In this document: in pieces, positions 39,181-52,100 of the stretch
Layout: the number at the start of each line of letters is the position of its first letter
Position numbering within the stretch: the stretch's first letter is position 1
Source: Pecten maximus
Lineage: Eukaryota
DNA: 64,000 bases
Reading direction: 5' to 3'
Assembly (NCBI RefSeq): GCF_902652985.1
Contig: NC_047022.1
Location: 30,008,001-30,072,000 of the forward strand
Made by a program: the position numbers and the translations under genes
The notes under the pieces: generated by a model
Told to the model about the DNA's origin: nothing
The model's input: only the letters and a program-made list of their open reading frames with translations
Database searches by the model: none

Positions 39181-42100
39181 GGGAGCCTGAAGTTGGTTCC
39201 GAGTTCCGAGTTCCGAGATGATGCTGACAATTCAAAGGTATGATAAAGTTCGAATACCAGCACGATTGAGAAAATGCATATATCCTTCATGTTCCTTTTT
39301 AAATCTAGTATAGGACATTATTAAATCTATCAAAAATATCAAATTTATTCATTTATTTATTTGTGAATTATGGGTCTCCCGGACAATTTTCTTTTGATAT
39401 ATTTTGAGTTTTGATTTTGATCGATTCCTATCAACACTTTATTCCCTGTCATTGTCGAGTCATTGATGGAGGAAACAGTGGTATAGTGCAGTATGTGATT
39501 TATTTAACACTGAATTACTTATATATACATATATAACGCGATATGTATGATAGGCCGCCTTACCCTTTTAAAACTAATTCCATACTGAAATGAGATTTTG
39601 TCTGCATACCCAGAATATCGCCATTATTGTACCGAACACAGGTCTACATGTAGCGTTATTAAAAATAAATTTGATGGAACCTGAGATATTCTTGTATTCG
39701 GACAGATAATATATAAGTAAAATCGGTAATACAACAAAAGTTAATGTTAAAAATCTAAATTTTACAAATTCCGAGTATGTTCGTCGGTATCATTCATGAA
39801 ATCGTAATTGAACGATACCAATGGCATTGATTAGGTCTGATAACACCGATTATGTTTTTAAATTTCAGTTTCTATATCTGGTGGTCTGCATAATGGGGAA
39901 AATGGGCAGAATGGGTGCTCGCAAATGTATTAATATTATCAGGGAGCTCGAGTTCCTAGTTCCGAGTTCCGAGTTCCGAGTTCCGTTTAAGTAAAACGAA
40001 ACTACAATGTAATAGCTTTACGGGTTTTGGTCCCAGTTCCGAGTTCCGTTTGAGAAAAACTGAAATACTATGTATCAGCTTTATTAGTTTTGATCCCAGT
40101 TCCGAGTTCCGTTGAAGAAAAACGAACTACTATGTATAAACTTTGCGGGACTTGGTCCAAGTTCCAAGTTCCGTTTAAGAAAAACAGAATTACTTTGTAT
40201 AAGCTTTACGTGTTTTGGTCCCAGTTCCATTTAAGTTAAACGGTACTAGGAACCAGTTTTACGGGACTTGGTCCTAGTTTTCAGTTCCGTGTAAGAAAAC
40301 CGAAACTAGGAACCAGTTCCGAGTTCCGTTTAAGAGTTCCGTTGAAGAAAATATTCTATGTACTTTCTTTCAATATGAGATAAGAATCTGAAGAAGAAAA
40401 ACTGTATGTGTCAATGGGTTCAAAGTCAGTTATCAGTCACGTATACATTTTACAGGACTTGGTCCTAGTTTTCAGTTCAGTGTAAGAAAACCGAAACTAG
40501 GAACCAGTTCCGAGTTTCGTTTAAGATAAACACGAGTGGTGTTGTAAAGTTACGATAAATTAGTGTGTTGTAACCTCTAAGAAAGAATATTTCAACGCAG
40601 TTTTCTTTCATGGTACATTTCTTTATGTTTCCACTTTCGTAAATGAAAGTAGCTTGTAAACACAGCTTTCTAGATATCGCGAAATGTGAGTCCATGGAGG
40701 GAGATATGAGGTTTTATTTGTAGTTGATGTATCAATATATGTGAAATTAAAGTACACAAAAAAAGCAATAACTGCAAAGTATATTTCATACACCATTTTG
40801 TTTTTTAATATGGCTTCTACTGTTGAGGTGAAATGTCTATATGACGACTGGGAAAACATCTTTAACTGGTATTACTGAAGTTTTATTCAACACAAATATA
40901 AAAATTACAATTTCATTGAATAATATTGAACAGTTGTTTCATTGGCATTTGGAAACATAGAAATACGCGGGGTAGCAGGAAACTTCTAAGGAGCTGTTGC
41001 CAAAGGCTTTACTTGTTATTCGCTGTCAATGATCAGACTAAATGATTAGATTATATCTACAATTTGTGATATCACTAATTCGAATTGATGGTATCATTAA
41101 ATGATATAACGATATCATTTAATGAATAAATTATATCAACAATTCGTATTGATATCACTTTATTCCTTGAATTAATGATATTGCTTTGTTTCCCGCGAGG
41201 CGGGGGAATCTTTTGATTGTATTTGAGTTTTGTAAGTCAGAGCTCACATGATCTGCTACTGAAAATATTAAATTTATTCATACGTTTGTTTCCGTGCGAT
41301 AACTTATATTCTTGTTAACAAATCGTCTCCATATTTGGTACAGAGGTTCCCTGAGAGGAGGGGATGTGCAGGCTTGTTTTTGAGGTCCACAGGTCAAAGG
41401 TTACATGATCTGTTACTAATTTCTTTTTCATTTTCTTTCTTACAGACCAATTTTTAGACATCCTTAGTCTTACAGATACTATATGAGGAGTGAGGACGCA
41501 TAGACTTGCATTTTAATTCCGTAGGTCAAAGGTCTTGTTTTATGTTACTTTTATTATTATTTTCATTTTTTCCGCCTGAATCCTGTCCGATACATTTCAT
41601 GAAATCCGTCAGTGGGAATCCCGATGAAACTTTGTAGGAATATTATTTGGCAAGTGTAGATGTGCCTTTTGGCATTCGTCTTTTTCGATCCCCCTACCAA
41701 TATGGCCGCCTTGGCATCTGAGTGGTCGAAAAATTGGTATGTAAGAATTTTGAGGGAACAAAAACGAAAACCTTTTACTGCGCGTCCTCCAACCCGACAT
41801 GGCCGTCGTACGATCTGACTGGCCAACATTTTAACACGGTCTAATTTAGATGGCATTTCGTGTGAGTTGTATTAAAAGACTGACTTTAACCGCAACATTT
41901 CTGTCTGGCGTTTTGTGAACTTTCCGTAACAACTCCCGTTCCAAATAGACCTTGTTCAATTATTTATATCATGAATTCGAACTAATGATCGACATTAACT
42001 CGATTCATTCATAACGCTTATTCAATTAATCAGATAATATCCTTAATGCGAATACTTCGAGATAATAACAATTTGAACATGTGAATTTCTAGATCATCCC

Positions 42101-44260
42101 GGTATTATCCCGCGACCATCAGATCAGTCATAGGGACTTTGATAATAACATTAATTAACGCGAGGATCAACATCATGTTACAGAGGAATTAATGATATCA
42201 CACATTAAAATTAGTAATATCACTAAATGCCCAAAATTCTTGATATCATGAATTCAAATTAAATTTATCACTTATAGTATTGCGATATAATGATATCAAT
42301 ATATTGATGAATGAGTCAATATTGTGTTTGTGATCGAAGCACCCAACTGCTGATAGTTTGATCAGCATTATTTCATAACTGTTGCAAGGCCTCGACTAAT
42401 TACAAGACATTATCTTTGTTTTTAGAATAGAACAGTAAAATGTTGTTACCATGTTTTACAACTTTATCATTTTGCATTTGAAATGAGCATTAAACTGGTC
42501 TATTAAGTCCAATTAAGATTCCGACCCAGTGGTAGACTTAACAGCGCTTTGTACAGTTTCACAATTGATCTTAAGATTTCCTCAATCTTCAGGAGGGCAA
42601 ATGGACACAGCAGACATGTGAATAGAATGTTAAAGAATTGAATTTGAATTGATACCTAAGTTTTGAAGCATTGCTGTTAATTGAATCGGTTTTAAGGAGA
42701 ATTGCTAAACGTTGCCTTCTTTAAGTTAGACACATTTGATCAGATTCGTTGTGTAGCCGGGCTCTGTTTCAAAGTCAGTCAAATATATTTGTCTTGAAGC
42801 ATATTCTTATGCATGTAATTAGGAAGTTGTCAATTAATATGTCTGATGTAGGTAATTGTCTCTGGTACTCCGGTCCCTTCCACGACTCAAACTGGTTCCT
42901 TGTTCTGTATAACTTAAACGGAAATGGAATTGGATGCTATTTTAATACAGCTAAAACGGAACTCAGAACTACAAACAATATTTTCCTAAACGAACTTATT
43001 CTAATCCAGACTAGGGGTTCATATTTAGGTGACGTACATGCAACATTTACTTAAACATAACTGGGAACTTTATCCTAATCCCTTAAAGCTTTAAACGGAA
43101 CAGGGAACTATATCCAGTTCGTAAATGGACCTCGGAACTGGTTCATAGATAGAATATTTTAAATGGAACTCAGAACTGGTTCCTAATTCCGTTTATCTTA
43201 AACGGAACTCGGAACTGGGACCAAAACCCATAAATCTCCCTCATAGTAGTTCCATTTTTCTTAAACGGAACTCGGAACTGGTTCCTAGTTCCGGTTATCT
43301 GAAACGGTACAAGGATCAAAACCTGCAAAGCTTATACATAGTTGTTCCGTTTTTCTTTAACGGAACTCGGAACTGGGAGCAAAACCCGTAAATCTGCTAC
43401 ATAGTAGTTCCGTTTTCTTAAACGGAACTGGTTCCAGTTCCGTTTTAGATTAAAAGGAACTCGGAACTGGTTTCTAGTTTCATTTATTTTAAACGGAAGT
43501 GGGAACAAGTGCCAAGTCCCGTAAAGTTTATACCTGACTGATAAGTGTCCTTACTCTCATTGACATATCATTTTCTTTGTCAGATTCGGGTCTTATATTG
43601 AGATAAAGTACGTAGAACATTTCTCTTTATGAAATTTGGAAACTAATTCCTAGTTCTGTTTTTCTTAAACGGAACTCGGAACAGGTTCCTAGTTCCGTTT
43701 ATGATAAACGGATTTCGGAACTGGTTCCTATTTCCGTTTATGATAAACAGAACTCGGAACCAGTTATCTTCAACGGAACTCGGAACTGGGACCAAAATCC
43801 GCAAAGCTAATACATTGTAGTTCCGTTTTACTTAAAACGGAACTCGGAACTGACTCCTAGTTATCTTAAACGGAACTCGGAACTGGTTCATAGTTCCGTT
43901 TTACTTAAACGGAATTCGGAACTGGTTTCTAGTTTCATTTATTTTAAACGGAACTGGGATCAAGGACACAAGTCTCGTACAGTTTATACCTGACTGATAA
44001 ATGTCCTTATACTCATTGACATATCGTTTCTTTTTCAGATTCGGGTCTTATATTGAGATAAAGTACGTAGATTATTTTCTTTATGGAATTTGGAAACTAA
44101 TTCCTAGTTCCGTTTTTTCTAAATTGGAACTCGGAACTGGTTCCTACTTCTGTTTATATTTAACGGAACTCGGAACTGGGACCAAGCCCCGTCAAGTTTA
44201 TACATAATAGTTCGTTTTTCTTAAACGGAACTCGGAACTCGGAACCAACATCAAGCTCCC
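39181..44260. mobile_element. Foldback-type (Mutator-like) non-autonomous DNA transposon with long modular TIRs and a 9-bp TSD
   Basis: Ends gggagcctgaagttggttccgagttccgagttccg / cggaactcggaactcggaaccaacatcaagctccc. TSD tgataatgt (39172-39180) / tgataatgc (44261-44269); the empty site tgataatgc is present in unit 3. Arms are built from GAGTTCC/GGAACTC modules (39940-40530 and 42880-44260). Confidence 0.88.
41030..42330. mobile_element. Nested degenerate repeats in the foldback core (GATATC/AATTCGAATT-rich element interrupted by Helentron-type fragments at ~41185-41900)
   Basis: GATATC-rich tracts at 41050-41180 and 41960-42310 flank segments with aggtcaaagg, gaaactttgtagg and aatatggccgcc motifs typical of HINE-like elements. 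Confidence 0.5.
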
Positions 44261-47200
44261 TGATAATGCTATTACATTTGCGAGCACCCTTTCTGCCCAT
44301 GTTCCCTATTATGCAGACCACCATGGCCAGATATAGAAACTGAAATTTAAAACATAATCGGTAAATCAGACCTAATCAATGTCCATTGGTATCGTTCAAT
44401 TACGATTTCATGAATGATACTGACGAACATACTCGGAATTTGTAAATTTACATTTATAACATTAACGTTTTTTGTATTACTGATTTTACTTATATATTAT
44501 CTGTCCGAATACAAGAATATCTCAGGTTCCATCAAATTTACTTAATAACGCTACATGTAGACCTGTGTTCGGTACAATAATGGCGATATTCTGGGTATGC
44601 AGACAAAATCTCATTTCAGTATGGAATTAGTTTTAAAAGGGTAAGGCGGCCTAGCATACATATCGCGTTATATATGTATATATAAGTAATTCAGTGTTAG
44701 ATACAGCTGAGCCAGTAAATCACATACTGCACTATACCACTGTTTCCTCCTTCAATGACTCGACAATGACAGGGAATAAAGTGTTGACAGGAATCGACCA
44801 AAATCAAAACTCAAAATACATCAAAAGAAATTTGTTCGGGAGACCCATAATTCACAAATAAATAAGTAAATAAACTTTATATTTTCAATAGATTTATTAA
44901 TGTCCTATACAAGATTTAAAAAGAACATGAAGGATATATGCATATTCTGAATCGTGCTATTATACGAACTTTATCATACAAGAAATTTGAAGACATGAAC
45001 AGTAATAATGCATACACACCGACTTAAGATTTGTATTGTTTATTGATTTTATTACAATTAACACCACCTTTACTTGCTTTGCATTGTTTAAGGTGGATAT
45101 CATTTGAAGTTATTGATAATTATTATGTCAATGCAGGTAAAGGTAAAATTCTTACATCTTTAATAAATTACTATTTCAGCAACAATTCTATGCTAGGTTG
45201 CTATTTGTTTTACATATAATGTATTGAATGACATCGGCAAACAAGTTGCAGACTACGCCATACTTACTTATATATGACAGATCACACCAGTAAGTAGTGT
45301 AATTTTACATCTACAACAAAATATCTCTGACTGCAGATTATATACAAAATGTCTACGTTGAAAGCAACCATGTATATAAGTTACAATATGTATAACATAA
45401 ATTCGTTGATAAATATGTAGATGCTCTGTTCTTTCTAGCAACAGTAGTAGAATGTTGGCTTTTCAAGCAAAAATCAGCCAAAAAGAATCCCTCCTGGACC
45501 TGATGTTATTTCCCTCAACTACCTTTTGAAGTTCCAATATTTTTGTCCCTAGATAAATAATCTCTAGTCCTCAAAAAACAAAAAAACACATTAAAACAGC
45601 AGGTTTACATTCATTATTCAAAATATAGCTAATGTATTACTAAATTTACAATGAGAGCCCCTCCCCACTTGCGTTTTAAACAAAACCCATTACTCTAAAA
45701 CATAACTTACTGATTATATCAAATGTATTAGTTTTTATGTCACTATGTACTTGTCACCATGAAGTGATAATGTCCTAATACTAACACTCGATGACTTAAT
45801 GAATTGATGTAGTGATATTGACGTGAGAACATTGTGTTATCTCCTTTTTATATTAGCAATGCAAACCAAATCAATCCATAGTCAGCGTAAGTCTGTTTAA
45901 AACACATTTCGTCCATTTGGAGTAGTATTTAACCTATTTTCATGAATTATTATTTTAACAGTTACAAAAGTGATAAACACTTTTCAGATACCCGTATCAG
46001 TCATCAAACACATTTCATGAATCATAATGATAAGGGTAAATCAGACAAATCACTACACTATGGTATTTTCTAATTGTCTCTGTATGTTGTCACACAATGA
46101 CTATGATAATGCTATTACATTTGCGAGCACCCATTTTGCCCATTTTCCCCCTTATGCAGACCACCAGATATAGAAACTGAAATTTAAAACATAATCGGTG
46201 TTATCAGACCTAATCAAAGGCATGGGTACCATTCAATCTCGATTCATTTATGAATGATACCGAAGAACAAAGTCAGAATTTGTAAAATTTAGATTTTTAA
46301 CGTTAACTTTCGTTGTATTACCGATGTTACTTATATGTTATCTGTCCGAATACAAGAATATCTCAGGTTCCATCAAATTTATTTAATAATACTATCATGT
46401 AGACCTGTGTGCGGTACAATAATGGCGATATTCTGGGTATGCAGACAAAATCTCATTCCAGTATGGAAATAGTTTTAAAAGGATAGGGCGGCCTAGCATA
46501 CATATCGCGTTATATATGTATATATAAGTAATTCAGTGTTAGATACAGCTGAGCCAATAAATCACATACTGCACTATACCACTGTTTCCTCCTTCAATGA
46601 CTCGACAATGACAGGGAATAAAGTGTTGATAGGAGTCAACCAAAATCAAAACTCAAAATACATCAAAAGAAAATTGTTCGGGAGACCCATAATTCATAAA
46701 TAAATAAATGAATACATTTGATATTCTTAATATATTTAATAATGTCCAATACTGGATTTAAAAAGAACATAAATTGTTATATGCATATTCTGAATCGTGC
46801 TAGTATTCGAACTTTATCCTACATTTGAATTGTCAGTATCATCTAATATGAATAAGAAATTTGAAGACATGAGCAATAATAATGCATGCACACCGACATA
46901 AGATTTGTATTGTTTATTGATTTTTTTTACAATTAACACCACCTTTGCTTGCTTTGCATTGTTTAAGGTGGATATCATTTGAAGTTATTGATAATTATTA
47001 TGTCAATGCAGGTAAAGGTAAAATTCTTACATCTTTAATAAATTACTATTTCAGCAACAAATCTATGCTAGGTTGTTGTTTGTTTTACATATAATGTATT
47101 GAATGACATCGGCAAACAAGTTGCAGACTACGCCATACTTACTTATATATGACAGATCACACCAGTAAGTAGTGTAATTTTACATCTACAACAAAATATC

Positions 47201-48987
47201 TGACTGCAGATTATATACAAAATGTCTACGTTGAAAGCAGCCATGTACATGTATATAGGTTACACTATGAATAACATAAATTCGTTTATATGTATGTAGA
47301 TGCTCTGTTCTTTCTAGCGACAGTAGTAGAATGTTGGCTTTTCAAGCAAAAATCAGCCAAAAAGAATCCCTCCTGGACCTGATGTTATTTCCCTCAACTA
47401 CCTTTTGAAGTTCCAATATTTTCGTCCCTAGATAAATAATCTCTAGTCCTCAAAAAACGAAAAACACATTAAAACAGCAGGTTTACATTCATTATGCAAA
47501 ATATAGCTAATGTATTACTAATGGAAGCTCCTCCCCACTTGTGTTTTACTGTTATGTATTTAAAAAAAAACCTCATTACTCTAAAACATAACTTACTGAT
47601 TATATCAAATGTATAAGTTTTATGTCACTATGTACTTTTCACCATGAAGTGATAATTGATATGTCCTGATATTGACACTCGATGACTTAATGTTGATGTA
47701 CTGATATTGACGTAAGAAAAGTTTGCTGTCTCATTTTTTATATTAGCAATGCAAACCAAATCAATCCATAGTCAGCGTAAGGTAAACACTGTGTCCCAGG
47801 AAAACTCCTAAAAGAGAGGCAAATAATTCATGAATGAAAAGACTGCACTGTATCCCCGAATACATATAATCCAAAATGTAGGGAAGATACCACATTGGAT
47901 GTTTCTGATATACACAACGTAGCGTCATTGTCACTCTTAAAAAATGATCGACAGTGTCTAGAATGTAACTGTGAAGGAATATAATACTCATATATATGAT
48001 ATTAAGTTCGAAATACACAAATAATACATGATGAGCTGAATGAGCAAGAACAAAACACACTAGTTGTACAACAAAGTCATGGAGATAGGAAAATTGGTAA
48101 AGGGACTAACATTATCCTGACAAAAATCTTGAAACAAATAGTTTCCTTGAAGACGAATTCGTCCAATAGTGTTTCCTATAATATTTCAACGTATTTCTTG
48201 TCCGGACGAGATGTCTTCACTAGCATGCAGTGCTTTCAGAACTTTGATCTATATGAAGATTTATGGGGGGTTGACTAATAGAAGTTGCGAAAACGAGACA
48301 AAATTCGATAGTAATCGGGGTTTGAATTAGACAAAATGCCGTTTAAACGTGCATTCAACTTTATGAGAAATATCATTTTTTATGTTTGATGTCAAATTTC
48401 ACAGAAACTAACGAAAAGATTCATACAATCGATATCCGATTACGTTGACCGATATATAAATGTAATTTTAGTACAATTTTCCTTACAAACAAATAGCATT
48501 TTGACCTTATAAATACTTGATAAAGTGTGCTTGTGAGTATTTACGACTTTGGTACAAAATGGCCTCGTTCTGGCATGTCCGGAACGGAACAAGTTTTTCA
48601 TATGTACTATCAGGTACCCCATGGATATGTCTATCCGGGCATTAGGTAAAGGATCGATTTCCTTCATGGGCGGTTTTAGAGCATTCCTGCAACAGCACCT
48701 TTGCATCTGATTTAATACAATATCATCTATATCTAGAGTATACTTGTAATTCTCTTAGTTTCGAGCGAAGCATGGTGACGATACACGAGATCAGCGATAT
48801 CCCCTGTAGCAGCTAATTACTTTATTATGGGATTATAGTCTAGAAATTAACATGAAAAATGTATTCTTTTATAAAGTTTCTTTGAAGTCAAAAAATGTTG
48901 CTTGTTTAGCCTCAAGGCTAAATTACCAGTTACTTCAGCATTCACAATATAAGATTATCACCTGAGATTTTCTTTACATCAATATTT

Positions 48988-49063
48988 AACCAATCGCATA
49001 CACCAATATTTAACCAATCGCATTTCAGAAAGTACTGTTTAGAATGTTGAGGCTGATATAAAA
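48988..49063 (+). promoter_or_regulatory. Core promoter of xylanase C (duplicated CCAAT + TATA)
   Basis: AACCAATC at 48988 and 49012 (24-bp duplication); TATAAAA at 49057-49063; ATG at 49127. Confidence 0.6.
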
Positions 49064-49126
49064 CAAGCGTGGTTACTTGTATACATTCATATGCTGTAAC
49101 TTATATTTTCCAAAGATATATTAACT

Positions 49127-52100
49127 ATGACGCCATTACTTTTTCGTCTCCTCCTGTTGGGGACTTTATTGCTGAGGGTAGCTGGGACTAACTTGCTAGG
49201 GAATGGTGACCTAGAGGCGGCTAGCCTAGGGCCCTACTTGAGTACATCTGAATGCTCTGTGGCAATTAGTACCACGGAGAAACATGGTGGAGCGCAGAGT
49301 GTCCACATCACCGGAAGGTAAAATTAGTTTCATCATCGTTTTTCGTTTTCTTCGCCTTCTTTTCTTTGCTATGGTACTTAGAATATTCATATTTATAGCG
49401 AGTACTACTTCATGTTTAAATTAGTGTCATACGTGTTATTTTTTATTAGCATTGTGTATTGTAATGTTGTGAGAGGCCTTTGGTGAAATAAAAGTCAATC
49501 AAATGTGTTTGAATATATAGCAAAATAATATGTGTTATATAAGTTTTCTTGCGTCAATTAACACCTATTGTTTTCTACCGGTCCGGCCTCCCAAAGTTAA
49601 TGTTGCCGCCTTTCCAGTAAATAATCCCTTTGATTTACTTCGGCTGTAATAAGTCGTGAGGTGTCGCTAGTCTTTTCTCAGTATCTGTATTTCCTTGTAT
49701 TTCACGATAAATTGTTGACTTGTAGTATTTAAGGTGTTCACGCAGTTGTACTAATATTCCTTGTCATCCTCAATTTTCAAATTTCTTCTTTGTTGTTTTG
49801 TTTCATTTCCGTTACTTGATTTTGTTAAGAAAAAATATGTTACTATTCACAAATGAAATATTAAAATATTTACAAGAAAATCTTATCACGCCTAGTGCCA
49901 TAATTTGTTCGCCAGGTAAGTTTAACACCTGGCATGGTGTTTACGTCACCATAATCATGTTTGCGGATGTCACCGAAACGCCTTGTGGCATTAATCGTAC
50001 TGCTGGGTTTTGAACAGGAAACAGATTGATAGAGATGAGAGTGATTTAATCTGGTGTTTATATAACAGCGATCAGTCACTAGTCTGGATATTGTTATGAT
50101 ATATAAGCCTGCCAAGTGCTACTGTTGTTAACAAAAGTGAATTGCTAACTATTGGGCTTAATTTGAATTGAACAAATTATTTTTTATACGAGGCTGATGT
50201 GAATTGCGTCGGGTATTTCACTTTTTGCTGAGGGTCCGCTTTTGATGGAATTTCTAAAAGTGGTTTCTAACGAATACAGTATATGGTTGGTAACCTTTAT
50301 CATTCATATCTTTAAGGTTACAGTCTAATATACTAAAACATCCTATAATGTTTAAGAAGTTGTCAGTATATATAAAGAATCATGCTAGATCTCTGCCAGA
50401 TACTTAAATGCTTTTTTCCACTGCAAACGTCGATTGATACAAGAATTATGATAGCTTCCTGACGTACCTAGTACACTTGTACTATTGATCATTTTGGCAA
50501 CACGGATACAATCACAGGTAGAACAAATGAAATGAAATATGTATAAACAATACGCTCCAAAAAGGGAAACTTATACTTTATTTGCAACGCAACAATACAA
50601 ACATGCACTAGCACTTAACGAATGCTGGTCCTAGGTTTGTATAAATAACATATAAAAACATATGTATTGTAATAAAAGATGAAGAAATAAATATAATGAT
50701 AAATAAAACGGGGAAAAAAACCCAAGAATGTTATTTGGTGAGATCCTAAAGCGATATGCTGAGATTATAAAAACCAAATATTTAGGTATGAGTATGTATT
50801 TCAAAAGGTAAGCCTTGTATTTGTACCAAATTTAAACTAATATTCACATATACTAATATTAATAGTTGCTATCTTAACCAGGCCTAAGCAAGAAAAAGAA
50901 AAGAAAATTAGAATGAATTGTTTATTTATTGTACAATATAAATCACACACACTGACAATTACGCCGATAACAGTGTCTAATAACGATCGGGTATCAGAAA
51001 GTAACATACTAAAGACAGAGACATAATTCGACACAGTTTCTTGTCACACCTTTTGTTAACACCAAGCTGTGGTTTGATTGGACATATATTTCCATTGTTT
51101 TGATCGTAACGTATAATGTTCTTGGCGCAATGTGATGCCGTTACCAACGAAAAAAACTGTATTTCAAATGTTAGTACTATAAAATGATATTCTTTTACTG
51201 TATGGAACACATTATAAGCAAAATCTTACTTTCGCTTTCATTTTATATGGACTTTATTAAACTCAATGAGAAGTTTTCATTTCTCCTCAGCCAGTTTCTT
51301 GAGCAAATGAAATGTTACTCCTAGACTCTGTTCATCAAGTCATCATTGAGTAATTATATTATATTCCATTCTGACAGGACTGCGAAATGGGCCGGCCTTG
51401 GATATAAACTTGGCCTCAGTAATGGCATAGCTTCAGGAAAAATATATGCATTTTCGGGATACCTGAAATTGGAGAATCTGGCTCAAGGATTCTCTTACCA
51501 TAATGTAACAACGACCGTCAAACAAACATTCAATGATAGTAAGTATGCATCCGAAATGGACAGTTCGTAAATTTGGAATCTATATTCAATTTCTACCTAG
51601 TAATTATATCATTACCTCACTACACACCATCACTCTATCACAGCATTTGGTAATGCGTATCTTTACTTACAGACAGCCAGAAGTTCGAAATGCTGAGTTT
51701 GCAGCCTCTTGTCCGAACGGGATCCTGGATAGAGATAGGAGGCGACTTCAAACTTCTAGTGGTAAGATTACAGTCAATTAATCATATATTTATTGATTAA
51801 GATATCTATGAATAAGTAGTGTTAATACATATTAACTTTCTGCTTATATTCACAAGTAAAACATTTATAATGATTAAAATCCTCGATTTTCTAACAAACG
51901 GGTGGCGGCATCAATGATATAAGAAATGTTATACACAGAAAAAGATAAGTCGAAAACACCAAAGAAACATTAAAAATGGGCCAAAAACGATAAAAGCAAT
52001 GTCAAAAAGAATGATCAGTATCTTTAAACTTTTTTATCTGATAATGTTTAATTAACATCAAAGAAAATCATTGTAGAAGGTTTTTATAAGTTTGATATAA

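Larger units (their letters stand above)
37110..47780 (+). repeat. ~1.9-kb unit in three tandem copies (unit 2 split by the foldback element)
   Basis: Unit starts (aaacacatttcgtccatt..gagt) at ~37115, ~38980 and ~45898. Unit 2 = 38980-39180 + 44261-45895. Units end ...atccatagtcagcgtaag. High identity, no meaningful ORF. Confidence 0.92.

Noticed and set aside
39940-44260. GGAACTC-rich repeats with variable intervening sequence as a CRISPR-like array
   Set aside because: The modules are irregular, the intervening sequences are themselves repeated, the two blocks are inverted relative to each other and bounded by a TSD, and there are no cas genes. These are foldback TIRs.
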